A stretch of DNA of 64,000 nt from Marsupella aquatica (GCA_973895155.1 OZ316894.1:23310709-23374708), one strand, 5' to 3'. Positions 26,314 to 43,972 are shown, counted from the stretch's first letter. Notes: generated from the letters alone by a model not told the origin. Program-made: numbers and translations.

Positions 26314-27762
26314 CTTGCTCTATTTATGGACCCCCATTAGGGGTCCTTTGCAAAATTCCTGGCTCCACAGTGCGCCACATCATCATGACACGCTACAAAC
26401 AGGAAGAGACTTGTTTTTGGATAAAATTAACTTCTGCATTCGTGTTTGTGGCAAGTTTGCTGTAAAAACTGGGACGCCATGCCGTAAAAAAGAATGTAAA
26501 AAAAACTGACATGCAAATCAAAAGACAAAAAGATTGAGTAAAATTGTTCTTAGTAATGGTTTTATTTACATTTTGATTTTATTCAAAACATAAAATTTTC
26601 CTGGTATGAATTTTTGATTTGACATTGCTGAGTCAAATCACAATGAAAACTCACATATAATATGGCGTTAGAAAGATCTTAAAGACGGTCCTGATGAGCT
26701 CAGCATTGTCACCATTCGATAAGAATTGAGTAAGTAATTTGAAAAATAAATTTTACCCATGATTTCATAATCTCTAACGTGAATAGAAATCTTTTGTTGC
26801 ACAACCCCTGAAATGTTGACCCCTTCCATGAGAATGAACTTAAAATTTACAGATTTTATCCAGTACTAAGGAGATTATGAATCTTAGAATTTCTTTAGCT
26901 TTTTAACGAACTTAACTTTGATAGATTTAGTTGTTTTGAGGAGATTATAAGTTTCCAATGTTCTCTAGCTTGAGTGTAACATTGGGAGATTTTATCAAGT
27001 ACTAAAGTGGTCATGAGTTTCTAAATTTCTATAGCTTTTGACCAATTTTGAATAACACAATTGGAGATTTGTTTCCATGAAACTGTTTGTCTTAAACGAT
27101 TATGCAAAGTTAGTGATTTGATGACACCGATGACTTCTCTCTCTTCGTCTATCTGCATGTAGGAATTGAAAAGTGATTATTTTCTATGCAACTTGAGTGC
27201 ATCCAGCATCCCTTCGCGGAGGAAACAGTCGAGCACCGTTTTGCTGAAGTGACAATTAAGCTGCCCACACATTAAATAGTAGTTCACATTGCAGCTGGTT
27301 TTGCGATTGATGTTAATTATGGTTACCTTAATAAGTTTGGCAACTGTTTGAAGTGTCAAACATTGACTTGTTCATTTTTGAATTTTTTTTTCTTAGTTTA
27401 GATTTGGAGGTCCATCTAGGCTTCAGTTTCTGGATAAATGCCTCTAAAATAACATGGGGGTCCACGGATTAATTTAGAGGCATTTAGAGGCATACTAAAC
27501 AATTTTAAAATACTTGAATGGTAACTAATACAGTTACAGTGAAAAATATGTTATCTTTTTCTTTGTATTCCTTTTTTTACGCTTAATAGTTACAGCATGG
27601 CACCCCCAAAATTATGTTGCTTTTGCCACAAACACAACAGCCCTTTTTGTTTTACAGGAAACCTGCTCTGTCCTGTTTGTTACCATCCTTGATGATGTGG
27701 CGATTCCTAGTGCCAGAGAATTTGCAAGAGACCCCTAATGGGGATCCATAAATAGAGACAAG
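26314..27762. mobile_element. Non-autonomous element region bounded by ~190-bp inverted repeats, with internal ~65-70-bp subrepeats
   Basis: ctctatttatggacccccattaggggtcctttgcaaaattc (26318) is the reverse complement of gaatttgcaagagacccctaatggggatccataaatagag (27718-27757). Internal repeats agattttatc.agtactaa.g.g.t.atga...ttct.tagcttt lie at 26850-27040. Confidence 0.7.
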
Positions 27763-28184
27763 AAAATTAGTTGTGCATCTCACACATAGCACTAGACAAG
27801 AGAATCTACATGCAGCAATTTACAGAGTCTCCGTGCAGCAATTTAGGGAGTGCAAAGGGCCTGTTTTTTGAAGGCCTTACACATGCAAGACAGCCCTTAT
27901 GCAGAGGGAATAAATTGTGTGTTCAGTGTGTTTGCACTTGCTCAGAGAAAATAGAAAGAAGCCATTGGTTCCTTTTCACTCATTCTGCGGGAATAAATTG
28001 TTTTCACTTATTCTGAGGGAATAAAAGGCAGCCATACTAGGTTTTCACTCAATATCTGTCTGATTATATTCAGAGCAAAAAAAGAAACAATGGGCCCTTA
28101 ACCTAACATTTCGTAAATGCACCCTCACTTCATTGTAGGTTGTTGGGCTTGCCACCTTTTTTAGATTAATTACCACTGTAGAAT

Positions 28185-28520
28185 GTCATGTTTTTATCAC
28201 GAATCAAGTCACTTCCCCTGGTTAGCCACAAGGGATCTTACAACCCTGAGATGATCAGATTGAACAATCTGATGATTTCCATTGGCCTCAGATCAGATTC
28301 ACACACTGCCACCATTGGTCCTCTCAGGGGATGGTTCCACCCAGTATGCGGTGTCTTCCCCCACCCTCGCCTCCCTATTTCCCAAATGCCCTCATGGTAG
28401 GCACCCAATGGCCGGCACACGGCTTCCCAAGGTGATGAGAACTGTCAGATCTCAGGGGCATAGGATCTCCTGCAATGAACCAAGGTTAAGCCACTTAACC
28501 CATGACAAAGACAGTTTCAT
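28185..28520. mobile_element. Old degenerate foldback MITE
   Basis: ccctggttagccacaagggatcttacaaccctgagatgatcag pairs imperfectly with the reverse complement of ctgtcagatctcaggggcataggatctcctgcaatgaaccaagg. Confidence 0.4.
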
Positions 28521-29029
28521 TGTCATAATCTATATAACTATTCACGAACAAAAACTAGAGTTGGGGTTTAGACTTCTAGAGTGAAACTCCTAGACAATAA
28601 CTCTAAATGAAGACAAAACTAATAGTGAAGTGCATTCCAAAAACAAAGAAGGGGCAAAGACCAAGGGGAAATGCTTTGGCCAGGTTTTTTTTTGGTCTTA
28701 TCTCTATTCACCTTTCAAAAACAGTAATCATGCTAGTTAGTCTAAAACTGAATATCTGACCAGAAGTGGCAATCTAGTAAACTTCTAGAAAAGGTGGCTG
28801 ATATTTCAAAAGAAGTGTAGTAAAATTTGTCCCTAATCTGCATTGTTTTATTTTTTCCCACATTGCTATATGGCAAATCCACCTGACCTGCTCATGAATG
28901 CTCATAGGTATTTATTTCATTTTTAATTTGCTTTAGGGAGTCCATGCTTTATAGTTCCTGACTTTTTGAATATAAACAAACCCACTTTAAATTGTTCCTT
29001 CCCTTTTATTCTTCTATATATGAATTAAT

Positions 29030-29155
29030 ACGTAAAGTGCCCTCACCTCCAATGCCTTGGCGTTTTCTCATTGAGGGGCTATGTCTTCTACGAGCTTTGA
29101 TTGAACCCTCGACCTTCACTCCCCAACCTACTCCTTGAACCATTGGGCTGAGGAC
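29030..29155 (-). mobile_element. Degenerate tRNA-derived SINE head
   Basis: The minus strand gtcctCAGCCCAATGGttcaagg...ggtcgagGGTTCAATCaaag has box A- and box B-like motifs at tRNA spacing. The 3' end and TSD are not resolved. Confidence 0.4.
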
Positions 29156-29704
29156 TAATGCTGACAGTAAATTGTTATTATGTGTATTTAGTACTTAATT
29201 GAAATTTCTGTGAGTGCCTCCTCATTGTAATAAGTATGATTGTAACTCATCAGTCATAAGCACTATCCGTACCTGAATGTACCATCAGTCTCTGTCATTC
29301 TCTTACAACCCCCGATTTTTCTTTATTCTAATGTCACTATTCATGTAAAGGTTTTGTTTTCTCGCTTTAACAATCATGCAATACTTAATATTAGTTCGAT
29401 AAGATAAGATACAATAAATACTCTTTTTTAATGTTTCCAATGAAACAAAACAGCTATGTCATAGACTGGGTCAGCTATAATCTCTATTTACCTTCCAAGA
29501 AACGGTAACAATGCAAGTTAGTCTAAACTGAATATCTGACCAAAAAGTGGCCAATCTAGTAAACTTCTACTGTAGAAAAGGTGGCTGATATTTGAAAAAA
29601 AGTGTACCAAATTGGTCACGTTTTTGGTGTTGTCTTATCTCTATTTACCTTTCAGGAAACTGTAATCAGGCAAGTTAGTCTAAAACTGAATATGTGACCA
29701 AAAG

Positions 29705-30963
29705 AAACTATACACACTTTTTATATACAAAGGGACCAATCAGAGTACAAATGAACAAACAAAAGAGGGCCCAAGTGGACAAAACCAATCGAAAAAGAAG
29801 TGAGCAAAAGGGAACCACTAAACACCAAGAAAGAGTAACTAAAAGTAAGAAATGAGCAATAGGGAACCCCAAAAAACCATGAAAGAGAGACTAAAACTAA
29901 CCCAAGCGGACCGAGGTCCTCATCATTCCTAGCGAATGTGGCAAAAAGCTACTAGTCCACATCAAGGGTCAAAACTAGATCGGCAAGTGGGATTGGAACA
30001 TCCTCTAGGGGAGCTAGCCGCTGCGGAGGCACACTAGCACCCACTGTAAGAGATCGACGATAGATGGCCTGAGCTTGAGCACGCTGCAAGGTGACTGAAA
30101 TGCGTTGGCGAAAGTGCGTGGTCAAAATAGAAAGCGGGGGTCCGGTGGGACCCATGCGGCCATGAACATCCCGAGCAGCTTGCCGAAGAAGCCCATCAAA
30201 CTGAGGATGAAGATGCCCAAATAGCTCCAGAGCAAGGGGGAGGAAGTTGTCGGATGAAGCTCGTGCAGCATATTTGGCCTCCTTCGTTGTTGCCGCACGT
30301 GACGCTGCTGCCCCTGCCGTAGTTGCCGCTGTCCCAATGATGTCTTGGCGCAATGGGTTTGCCACCACTACATCTGCCAATGTACGTTGACCCTCACGGA
30401 CCATGGTAAGATCCACCCGTAACCGCTGTGATGGAGGACCAGGTAACTCGAGTACCACCTCCCGCCGCACGCATACCAAAGAGCCAGAGAGAACCTGAGC
30501 AGTCGCATCTTGCACAGCATCGTGAACAATAATGGTTTCACCTCCCAAACTGCACCGAAGAAGATGGACACCTGTGGCATCACAAGGCAAGAAGGAGGTA
30601 AACCTACAAGAAGTGGGTGGGGCAGCCCCATACGAAGACGCATGGCTGTGGAGAACTCCGTTGAAGACATCCGCAAATGAGGAATGACTGGATTGGCCTG
30701 AAGCCATCCACCTGTGCCCTTCCCTCCGGAAGAAAGAATCCGAGCACGGTCCGTGTCAGGTGCCTCGGAGAGGATGCTGGAAAGGGTGAAAGCGTGCATA
30801 CGCCCAGCGAGGTCTGCCTGAAGACGAACGGAATCCAAGGATAAAAACTCCTGAAAAGAAGATAACGCGGCGCGAACGGGATCTGGTAATGAGGACCGCG
30901 CTGCGTGCAAATGAACCTGAAAACGGGAGGGAACCCTCCTCTACCTCCATGAGAGATGAAAGT
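29705..30963 (-). mobile_element. 5'-truncated non-LTR retrotransposon with restriction-like endonuclease (CRE/R2-group), frameshifted
   Basis: Joined ORFs 30910-30590 and 30590-29952 give GWLQANP..HLRMSSTEFSTAMRLRMGLP, a damaged CCHC knuckle (SC..CDATGVHLLRC), HDAVQD, and RLE motifs RVDL..TLADVVVANP, KEAKY and FLPLALELFGHL. Frameshifts fall near 30590 and 30922. The U-rich 3' UTR spans 29705-29951. The element splits a repeat unit with a possible AAAAG duplication. Confidence 0.85.
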
Positions 30964-32534
30964 AAAAAAGGGCCAATCTCGTAAACTTCCACTGTAGAAA
31001 AGGTGGCTGATATTTGAAAAAAAGTGTACCAAATTGGTCACATTTTTGGTGTTGTCTTATCTCTATTTATCTTTCAGGAAACGGTAATAAGGCAATAAGG
31101 CAAGTTAGTCTAAAACTGAATATCTGACCAAACAGTGACAATCTCGTAAACTTCTTTTTTGCCTTGAAAAATCATTTTGAGTTCCATCCAAAATCTCGTA
31201 AACTTCTACTGTAGAAAAGGTGGCTGATATTTGAAAAAAAAGTGTACCAAATTGGTCCCCTTTTTGGTGTTGTCTTATCTCTATTTACCTTTCAGGAAAC
31301 GGTAATCAGGCAAGTTTGTCTAATACTGAATATCTGACCAAAAAGTGACAATCTCGTAAACTTCTTTTTTGCCTTGAAAAATCATTTTGAATTCCATCCA
31401 AAATCTCGTAAACTTCTACTGTAGAAAAGGTGGCTGATATTTGAAAAAAAAGTGTACCAAATTGGTCTCCTTTTTTTGGTGGGCAAAACGTCACTCCAAG
31501 TCTCTCGAAGCAAACGAGGCTTTCATCGTGTCTTTCTCTCGTGTCAATTGAACGAAGGATTCCGATTCCGAATCCTCGATCGCGCTCGTCGAGAGGACTC
31601 CCGATTCCCGAAGCTATGCGGGCAGCTCTTCAAGTCCAAGCGGACGAGGCGGGAGCTCGAGTTGCTGGCGAACATTCTGTCTCTCGTCAGCTACATTGCA
31701 CAGAGAACTCATGCAGACTCAAACTTCGATTCGTTTTCGTGGAGGTGTCTTGCCTTAAACTCGAGCTCAGACTCGGACTCCGATTTCTATCGTGGAGGAC
31801 TCTCGAATGGCACTCCACACTGCATTCTGCGTCGATGGAATAATTGGAGTGATTGCCTGGCCGACGGACCGACCGACTGGCTGGTGATGAGCTACAAGCT
31901 ACAGTAGCTGCGCGGTCGGGCTTTTGGGGGAATCTCAGCTCGTCTAGAAGCCGATTGCGTTCATTATTCGCTTGATGATCGATCAGTCCTTGATTGGTTC
32001 TGGCTGATGACTGCGTTGGAGGGAGCCTGGTATTGTGTCTTGTAAGTGGAGCCTCCAGTGCTGCTCCTGGTTGAGGTTCTGATGAGACTACATTTGGAGG
32101 AGGCGGAAAGGAGGGCCGGTTGCGGAACCGATTGGCGCAGTGCAGCCTCATGTGGTGGTGCTGAAGTGTGCATACGGGAGCGAAACGATTGTGTGTGGGA
32201 TAATGCGGTGAAGTATATGCAGAGTTTCTTGGGATGTGAATATTGTAGTGCGGAGCAGGTAGAGGAGGGGAACCTTGAGCTATTTTGTTTTTAGAAGAAT
32301 GATAGCACGGGATTACTTTTAGGCCAGAGGATCTGCTCCGTCGCGGTGAAGGAGGGAGACGAGGTACTGGTTCGAGCAGAGGTTTTTTTTCTTTCTTTTC
32401 TCTGAATTTTTGAAGGGACAGGAAATCAGGAGAAGAAGGTGTAGGAGCAAAGACCGGGAACGACAGAGCGAGATTGACTGAAGTGGTCAGTGCAGTGGTT
32501 CTTGCATTGAAAAGCTGGACACAGGTTGGCAGAT

Positions 32535-37014
<4,480 letters not shown>

Positions 37015-37877
37015 GACTTATACTTGTGAACTTCGCCGTCAAGAAAATGCCTCCCGTTTAAAGTGATTCATAAGGAAGCTAGTCAGTGATATCGGTCATA
37101 AGATCCGGTTGTCTTTGCCACCTCTCATGTCCAACATGTCACCGTGGTAGACTTAGTGATAGTTACCATCAGCAGGCCTGCTTCAAGTGAGCTCACTGAT
37201 AATTATTTTCCTCGGCTTAATATGATTCTTTCAAGGGTTCTGGATGTCCAGGTTTTCCGCAAATCAATGCCTGAACCTTGGAGGCTTTCGAACCTAGCTG
37301 ACTATGATACAATCTTGGACGAGTCCTCGAGGTTTGAGTGCTGTTCAGTGCCCAATTGACTAGTTGGTAGCTCAGCCCTTCAGGGGTTAGATGTCACTAC
37401 CGCGAGCTCGTAACCGCGCCATCGGCAAAATACCTTTTGCAATTATTGCAAGCAAGCTTGAACTGCACAGTTTAGCATATGCCATGCTATTGAGGGAAGC
37501 TATCTCTGTGCAGAAATGCTAACTAGAATTGCGTTTCCAGCCTGACAGGAATCTGAGTGGCTCTCACTCTCTACTTGAATAATGGTTTACCAGTTATTGA
37601 ACATGAAGCTTCTACCTCTTCAGAATATTACCATGTCTCTCACCAGAAGACATGGTATGAAAACCTTCGAGTAGGGAGTTCAAAGATGCGTGTGCTGGGC
37701 CACATTAGAATGGCTATCTATCTGACTCTCTTTATGAGAGGAGTGGAATAGGGGGCCGCACTGCCTTGTTTGCTTCCAATTACCTCCAATCACCTTTCTT
37801 TCTTTCTTTCTTTCGTTGCTTCTTTTCTTTTGAGACTGATCCTTGGATGATGAGACAGTCATACAGAAGAACCATAC

Positions 37878-38436
37878 CTCAGCATTTTGCGCCTGATATG
37901 AAATGAAACCAGAATGAGCTGCAGATGGGCTGAAGTCCGAGGCGACAATTTTACATGACAAAGCAGATAGATCTGCGCAAGGAGGCCAAAGGGAAAACAG
38001 ACGAACAAAACTTTTCCTCAAAGGTGTTCCGACTTTTGTGTACAACTCACCCGATTGGAATCCAATGCTCTCTTGGGAAAAGTCTCTAAGAGTGGATTTG
38101 GGCAATTTAACTATATAATCGCTATGTGAATTTACTCTTGAGTACCTAAGGTCTAGAGTGAAGCCTCGAGACTGTTCATCTGAGGTGTAAAAAAAGCTGG
38201 GGGTGTCGCTGGAATCGAAGATTGGGGACATGTTGAGTCTCTGAAATGGTGTAGCATGTGAGGGCTGTTGGAAACAATTGGACCCAAATGGACAACGGGC
38301 TTGAGTTGTGATTCTCTGCCCCCCAATAGTTGTCTGTTTGATGTCATGCCTGATCTTGTCAGTCCACAGATTTGGCCATCTATGTTTGAAATTGTAAACC
38401 TCACTGAGATCCATGTCACAAAACAATGACTGCAAA
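37878..38436 (-). CDS. Candidate coding exon of an unknown gene convergent on LCB2
   Basis: It lies within a 251-codon open frame. On the minus strand it has a polypyrimidine acceptor (ttcttatcag at 38437), ATG at 38414 and a good donor GAG|gtatgg at 37878/37877. No recognisable domain, and downstream exons are uncertain. Confidence 0.35.
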
Positions 38437-38714
38437 CTGATAAGAAATAACGAAGAATGGTACTAAAGACCTGTATTATCGGAATCCTGTAACGAGTTGG
38501 AAAATGACCGATTCCTCTTCAGGTGTAAGATATTTACACGCCAACAAATTAAGGAAAGGCACCCCTACAATTAGTAGAGGAAAAAATCTACATAATTAGA
38601 GCCCTGATCAAATTACAAGAAGATGAGAGTATGTAAATTTATTCTATTCTTGCTCACACCCCAACATTGCTTCTGTAATTTTACTCCGCAGCCTTTTTCT
38701 CACAAGATACACAA

Positions 38715-39295
38715 GAAATGCTACAAAGTCACAAAGAAGCAATTGGCTCAGGAGACCTGATTATGCGGAATGAATGGAGAGGAAAGAAAGAACTGCACGG
38801 TTGCATAAAAGGAAACTAGCTCACCTTGTGACTCTTCCAGGCAGTGCACACTATTTGCCTTCAAAGTGGATTAAAAGGAGTGACTGTGGTATATATATAC
38901 AAAGCCTGTTTTGTGGTCATGGAGATATGCAAAGACCAGGGGAGGCCAGACTATGGGGAAACCTTTGCAGCACTAGTCAGACCAGAGACCTTTAGACCTG
39001 TTATGGCAATCATAGCAACTGTGCTTAGCCTTGACGCTCATAGTCTGGATGTAGTTTCAGCATTCCCAAACCCAATAATGAAGTCAAAGCAAAAATTCTA
39101 TATCAGACCACCAAGTCTCTATATCAGACCACCAAGTGGGTACGAGTCATGTGATGCAAATGGCAACTTACTAGGTTGGCTCCTTTGTTGTCTGTATGGT
39201 CTAGAGCAAGCCCCTTGACTTGGTATATAGATATTACATGATTTCTACTGAAGTCTGGATAGTTACCAGGACTGTCTGTTGATCCTTGTGTTTGA
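38715..39295 (+). mobile_element. Decayed Ty1/copia reverse-transcriptase (RVT_2) fragment
   Basis: Motifs LPSKWI, YKACFV, DYGETFAALVRPETFR, LDVVSAF, YIRPPSGY, LYGLEQAP..W and VDPCV, with stops and frameshifts. A 21-bp internal duplication (tatatcagaccaccaagt) lies at ~39099-39137. Confidence 0.85.
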
Positions 39296-39821
39296 AGAAT
39301 GCAAATGGATATCTAATTGATGCTTTCGGCTGGCAACATCATATCAGTAGCCACAACTCTAGCTAAAATTATACATGAAAGATATGTTCTCATCTCAACA
39401 CGAGCTCCGGTATGAGCTAAGTCATATGGAAGATCAGCCTGAGAACTTCTATGTATTTCCAATCTTGAAATAGAGCAGAATGGTAGAAAATCCACTAGTG
39501 ACTACTTATTTAAATTAGCAGGCGGACCGGTCCCATTAGCTGGAAATCAGGCAAACATATGATAACAGCTAGCCACATTGCCAGCAGAGGCTGAATATAT
39601 AGGATACTCTCCCCACTCTCTTTCCTCCAAAAAAGCCATCTGGCTTCAAAGATTACTACAGGAATCGGATTAATATACATTCCTATCCAGACATCCACAA
39701 ACGAGTACTCTATGGCGATAATAATCCTGCTTTCTCGCTCACTATCAACCCAAAACATCACATGCAAGACCCATTGCATATAGTGAAATTCCCTAGCGCT
39801 ATGTTTGTAAGTGAACAGGCC

Positions 39822-41309
39822 AAATTAATCCGTGGACCCTCATGTTCATCCAAGGAATGTTTGTGTGATTAAGTGAAATCAATTTTCATCAAGACGGTAA
39901 CCAACGGTTTTGAGTCTCTCGATGGTGTTGGTGTGTGCTCGTACAAAAACAAATGCTCAAAAGATAAAGATTTATCAAATGGAAGGTTGAATGTGGAGGA
40001 ATTGAGTTTTCTTATAGGTTTTGCTTACACATTGGAGAAATCATCTTTCAACCATTCTTGATTGATTGTTTGTGAGTTACATTGAGCATTACTGTCACAA
40101 GACAATCTAGAGCACAACACTCAGTTGTTGGCAAAAAAGCGCTTGTCAATTTGGTGGGAAGAACACACAAAACAAAAGAGCCGTCACTTCAAACAAAGGA
40201 TTTGTAGTTATTTTTATTTAAGAAAGCTATGGTGTGAGGGGAAGACCAACAATTGTTTCTTTGACATAGAGGCTGCATTTGGCGTCAACCTGTGTTTAGA
40301 GTGAGCTTTAGTTGAAGACTATCTAAGAGATGCGAACAATTCAAGCCGGGAAGCAAGCATTGTGGACAAGCGATGGTGACATAATCAAAGAAATCAATTT
40401 GTAGCGGCTAAGTTTGTGACGGTGATGAGATTGTGATATCTCTTAATCGAGAAAGGGTTTCCAATGAGCCTCAAATTGACAAATTTTGTCAAGTTCCATA
40501 TGAGTTTTTGAATATCTTTGCCTTTCCAATGAGTGTTAGTATAATAAATTTTGATTATGAGTTCATGAATTCTTTTAGCTTTCTAACATTGAGTCTGACA
40601 TTTACAAATTTTATGTCAGATTTTGTCACGGTACTCAAGAGATCAAGAGGCTTTCAATCTTTTTAGCTTTCTAATGTGTGACATTGAGATTATTTGTCAA
40701 GAAATAGAGAGATCATGAGTATCTAAATTTCTCTAGCTTTCAAATGAACCTAACATTGATAGATTTTGTCAAGTACTAAGGAGATGATGAGTTTTTAATT
40801 TTACTCTAGCTTTCCAATGAGTGACATTGAGAGATTTTATCAAGACATTACTAAAGAGATCACGAGTTTCTAAATCTTGATCTTGAATTTTCCAATGAAT
40901 CAAACATTGGCAAATTTTATCAAGTACTAAGGAGATTTATTATTTAGTTTTACAATGTGAAGCCAAATGGGTTTTAATTATGTACATTTCTATCGATTGA
41001 TTTTTTCAAACTTGCAAACAATTAAAAAATACAAGCATTTTGATATAAAACACTGATATATCTTTGACAAACATCAAAATGGTAACTTTATTTTACTAAA
41101 TGACATCTCTTCCTTTGTATTTTGGTTTTTTTACGTTTAATATTTACGGCATGGCGCCCCAAAAATTACGTTGCTTTTGCCACAAACAAGTATGTGCACG
41201 TTTGTTATTGTTAAAAGTAGGATCATTCCTGTTTGTGGCTAGTTGTGATGATGTGGCGCAACCTCATGGCAGAGAATTTGCAAGAGACCCCTAATGGAGG
41301 TCCGTAACA
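39822..41309 (+). mobile_element. Non-autonomous element of the GGACCCCCAT-end family with ~65-70-bp subrepeat array (40440-40940)
   Basis: The left end aaattaatccgtggaccctcatgtt is the reverse complement of 27451-27475. The right end (41025-41309) is homologous to 27520-27753 and inverted relative to 42889-43171. Confidence 0.6.
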
Positions 41310-42888
41310 AGGACTGACAGTGATTTGCAGTAAGTATGTTCCAATTAAACATGCATCTGCTAGTAGTGTATTTAAATAAACAGCTCCAAGTAGCAAAGCC
41401 CCCTTGATTAGTAGGATGTGTTAATGCTCACTGAGTTGAATGTCACCTAGGGTCAGTGCGCAAGGACTCACAAGACTTGGGCTTTACGGTTGGTAGTTCA
41501 TCCCTAAGGCAGGGCTGTAAACCCCTCACCATCTTCTGGGATTACATTCCATTACCCCCTCTTGGGGATGGGTCTCGGGATGGGTTACCCTACACGGGAC
41601 CTACACCACATTCATAATCCATAACTTTTGGAAACAAAGACTGATAGTACGTGCATGACTAAATTCATAATCCATATCTTTTGATGTGAGGAATGGTCAT
41701 ATGTATGCCAAGAAAACTAAGGAAAAAAAAATCTCTTACACGGGATACCCATGTTGCGAGATCATAGCTCATGGATGCAAAAGTTTTGCAAGTTTGGCTG
41801 GCTAGATCAATTTTGTAATTGCGGAAATGTTATCATTTTGGTCCCTGTTGTTTTTGTGAAGGTGTTGCTGTCGGAGGGGGCAAAGGTAAGAGCAATGGGA
41901 CATGAGATGGGTGATGGCGGCCACCATGTCATGGAGTCCAAGCATGGTCAAGGGACGAAAGAGAGTATTTTGCTTCAATTTGGTTTTGTTTTGTTTTTTC
42001 TGTTTTGTTTTTAACCTTTTTTAATGAACACATACTCTAGTTTCTATACTTCCAAGTTTTTTCAAAATTTTCAATAATGGTCAACTTGTTTCTATTTTAA
42101 AATTAGATGTAGTTTTCATTTAGGGTACGTCTGGGCAGGCATAGAGCAGCTTGAGCAGGCAATTGAGGTAAGAGGAGTGGCTGGGCAGATCTGCAGGTGC
42201 AAGAAAAATCAAGTTTTGACAAAGGGCCAGGACTGGCTCCCAAGTTTTTCTAATTTTAAAATTCAACCGACATAGCTTTTTGGCAGGATAAGGAATTATG
42301 CGGTTTGATCTAATCCAAAGATTGCTTTCTCACAGCAATTCACTTGTTTACATTAATGCAAGTTTTTAATTCTTATATTTGGTCTTATATCAATTGACGT
42401 TGTCAAACTTCAATTTAATCCAGATGGTAAACTCTTGCACCTCTATACTATTTTTTATTTTTTTAATATTTTTTTTTCTTGCACCTCTATACTATTGTAA
42501 GCAAAAGATGCAAGTTTGAAGAAAAAGTAAAGCTTGTTTTGCTATGGAAGCAATTTGATTGCATGGCCTTTTATAATAGAGGGGTCTAGTACAATGTAAC
42601 CAGTCAGGATTGAGGACTTTCATTAGATTCCTAAAAATCTTGTAATAAACATTATTGGCAGGTTTCTTAATAAAATATTTTTCATCTCATGTGAAAAAAG
42701 AGTAAAAAACAAATAGATGTGAGGACATGGGAGCCCCTAGGTCATTTTCAGAGACTCGTGCTCACAGTGCCTACCCATTTTCTACTCCAGTTATGGGCCT
42801 AGAGTCACAATCTAGAGACTTCACTCTAACTAGACAATAGGCCCTAAAAATAAGCTTTTGATTGCCTTTATATTAATAGGTGAAATTT

Positions 42889-43301
42889 ATTATGGACCCC
42901 CATGAGAGGTCTTTTGCAAATTCTCTGCCACGAGGTTGCGCCACATCACCACAACCAGCCACAAATAGGAATGATCCTATTTTTAACAATAACAAACGGC
43001 ACATTCCTGTTGTGGCAAAAACAATGTAATTTTTGGGGCACCATGCCGTAAATATTAAATGTAAAAAAAACTAGAATACAAAGGAAGAGATGTCATTTAG
43101 TAAAATAAAATTACCATTCTGATATTTGTCAAAGATATATCAATGTTTTACATCAAAATGCTTGTCTTTTTTCCTCTACCTTTCAAATGTTCTCTTTGTA
43201 TGAGCACACATCAAGACAACCAGGCGGGCCACCAGGAAACTCAAAATCATTGGTTATGGTTTTGTTAAAAATTAATTTCACTTCATCATACACTTATGAA
43301 C
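42889..43301 (-). mobile_element. Short (~410 bp) inverted member of the same family
   Basis: 42889-43171 is the reverse complement of 41025-41309. The element ends gaacatggggtccatgaattaat, matching the family's left end in reverse. Confidence 0.65.
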
Positions 43302-43972
43302 ATGGGGTCCATGAATTAATTATCCTGTCCTCAAGGGAACATGTGGCATTTCAAAACTCACCAACAATGCGTATTTGTAGGGGAAGCAAGGGCAGTAAAT
43401 TTTCTGACCCTTGGGATCCTGAACCTTCAAAAGTGAATAAAAAAGGAAAGTAACCTTCAAAAGTGAATAAAGAAGGAAAGTACAGTCGCATACTGCCCCT
43501 GTTGGATCTGAGGGTTGGAAACAACAAAGAAAGACACAGGAGTGACTGGGTGTGCTACACTATATCCTTTGCTTGTAAGAGCTAGTATATAAGGGCCAGG
43601 CAGCTCGCTTGATGAAGACCTTCCACATGCAAGACAGCCTTAAACTCTTACTTGAGTTACAATTTGAGACAGTAGGATCCTTTATATATCTAATTCAAAT
43701 CACAAACCGTGCATCGAGCGAGTGTTGTTCTATTCCTGCTCGTAATCACACATTTCAAAATGTGGATGCATTCATTGATTGAAAAGAAAAAACTAGGATT
43801 ATCGGGGTATGTACGGGTGTCGTACATACTATATGACGTCATATTTTGATGTGCACTTATCGAGACCCTTGTTCTATAGTACATCTCCATTTCCGGGATT
43901 CCTGGAAAACTTGGTGTGGCTCTGCTTTTCTCTCAGCATTCTTAATGGGTATCTTATTGGGGTCTCTTGCGT

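Larger units (their letters stand above)
28695..31480 (+). repeat. Tandem/dispersed ~155-220-bp repeat (5 units) upstream of LCB2
   Basis: The unit tcttatctctatttacctttcaggaaacggtaatcaggcaagttagtctaaaactgaatatctgaccaaaaagtggccaatctagtaaacttctactgtagaaaaggtggctgatatttgaaaaaaagtgtaccaaattgg starts at ~28695, 29478, 29632 (split by the retroelement), 31054 and 31273. Confidence 0.9.
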
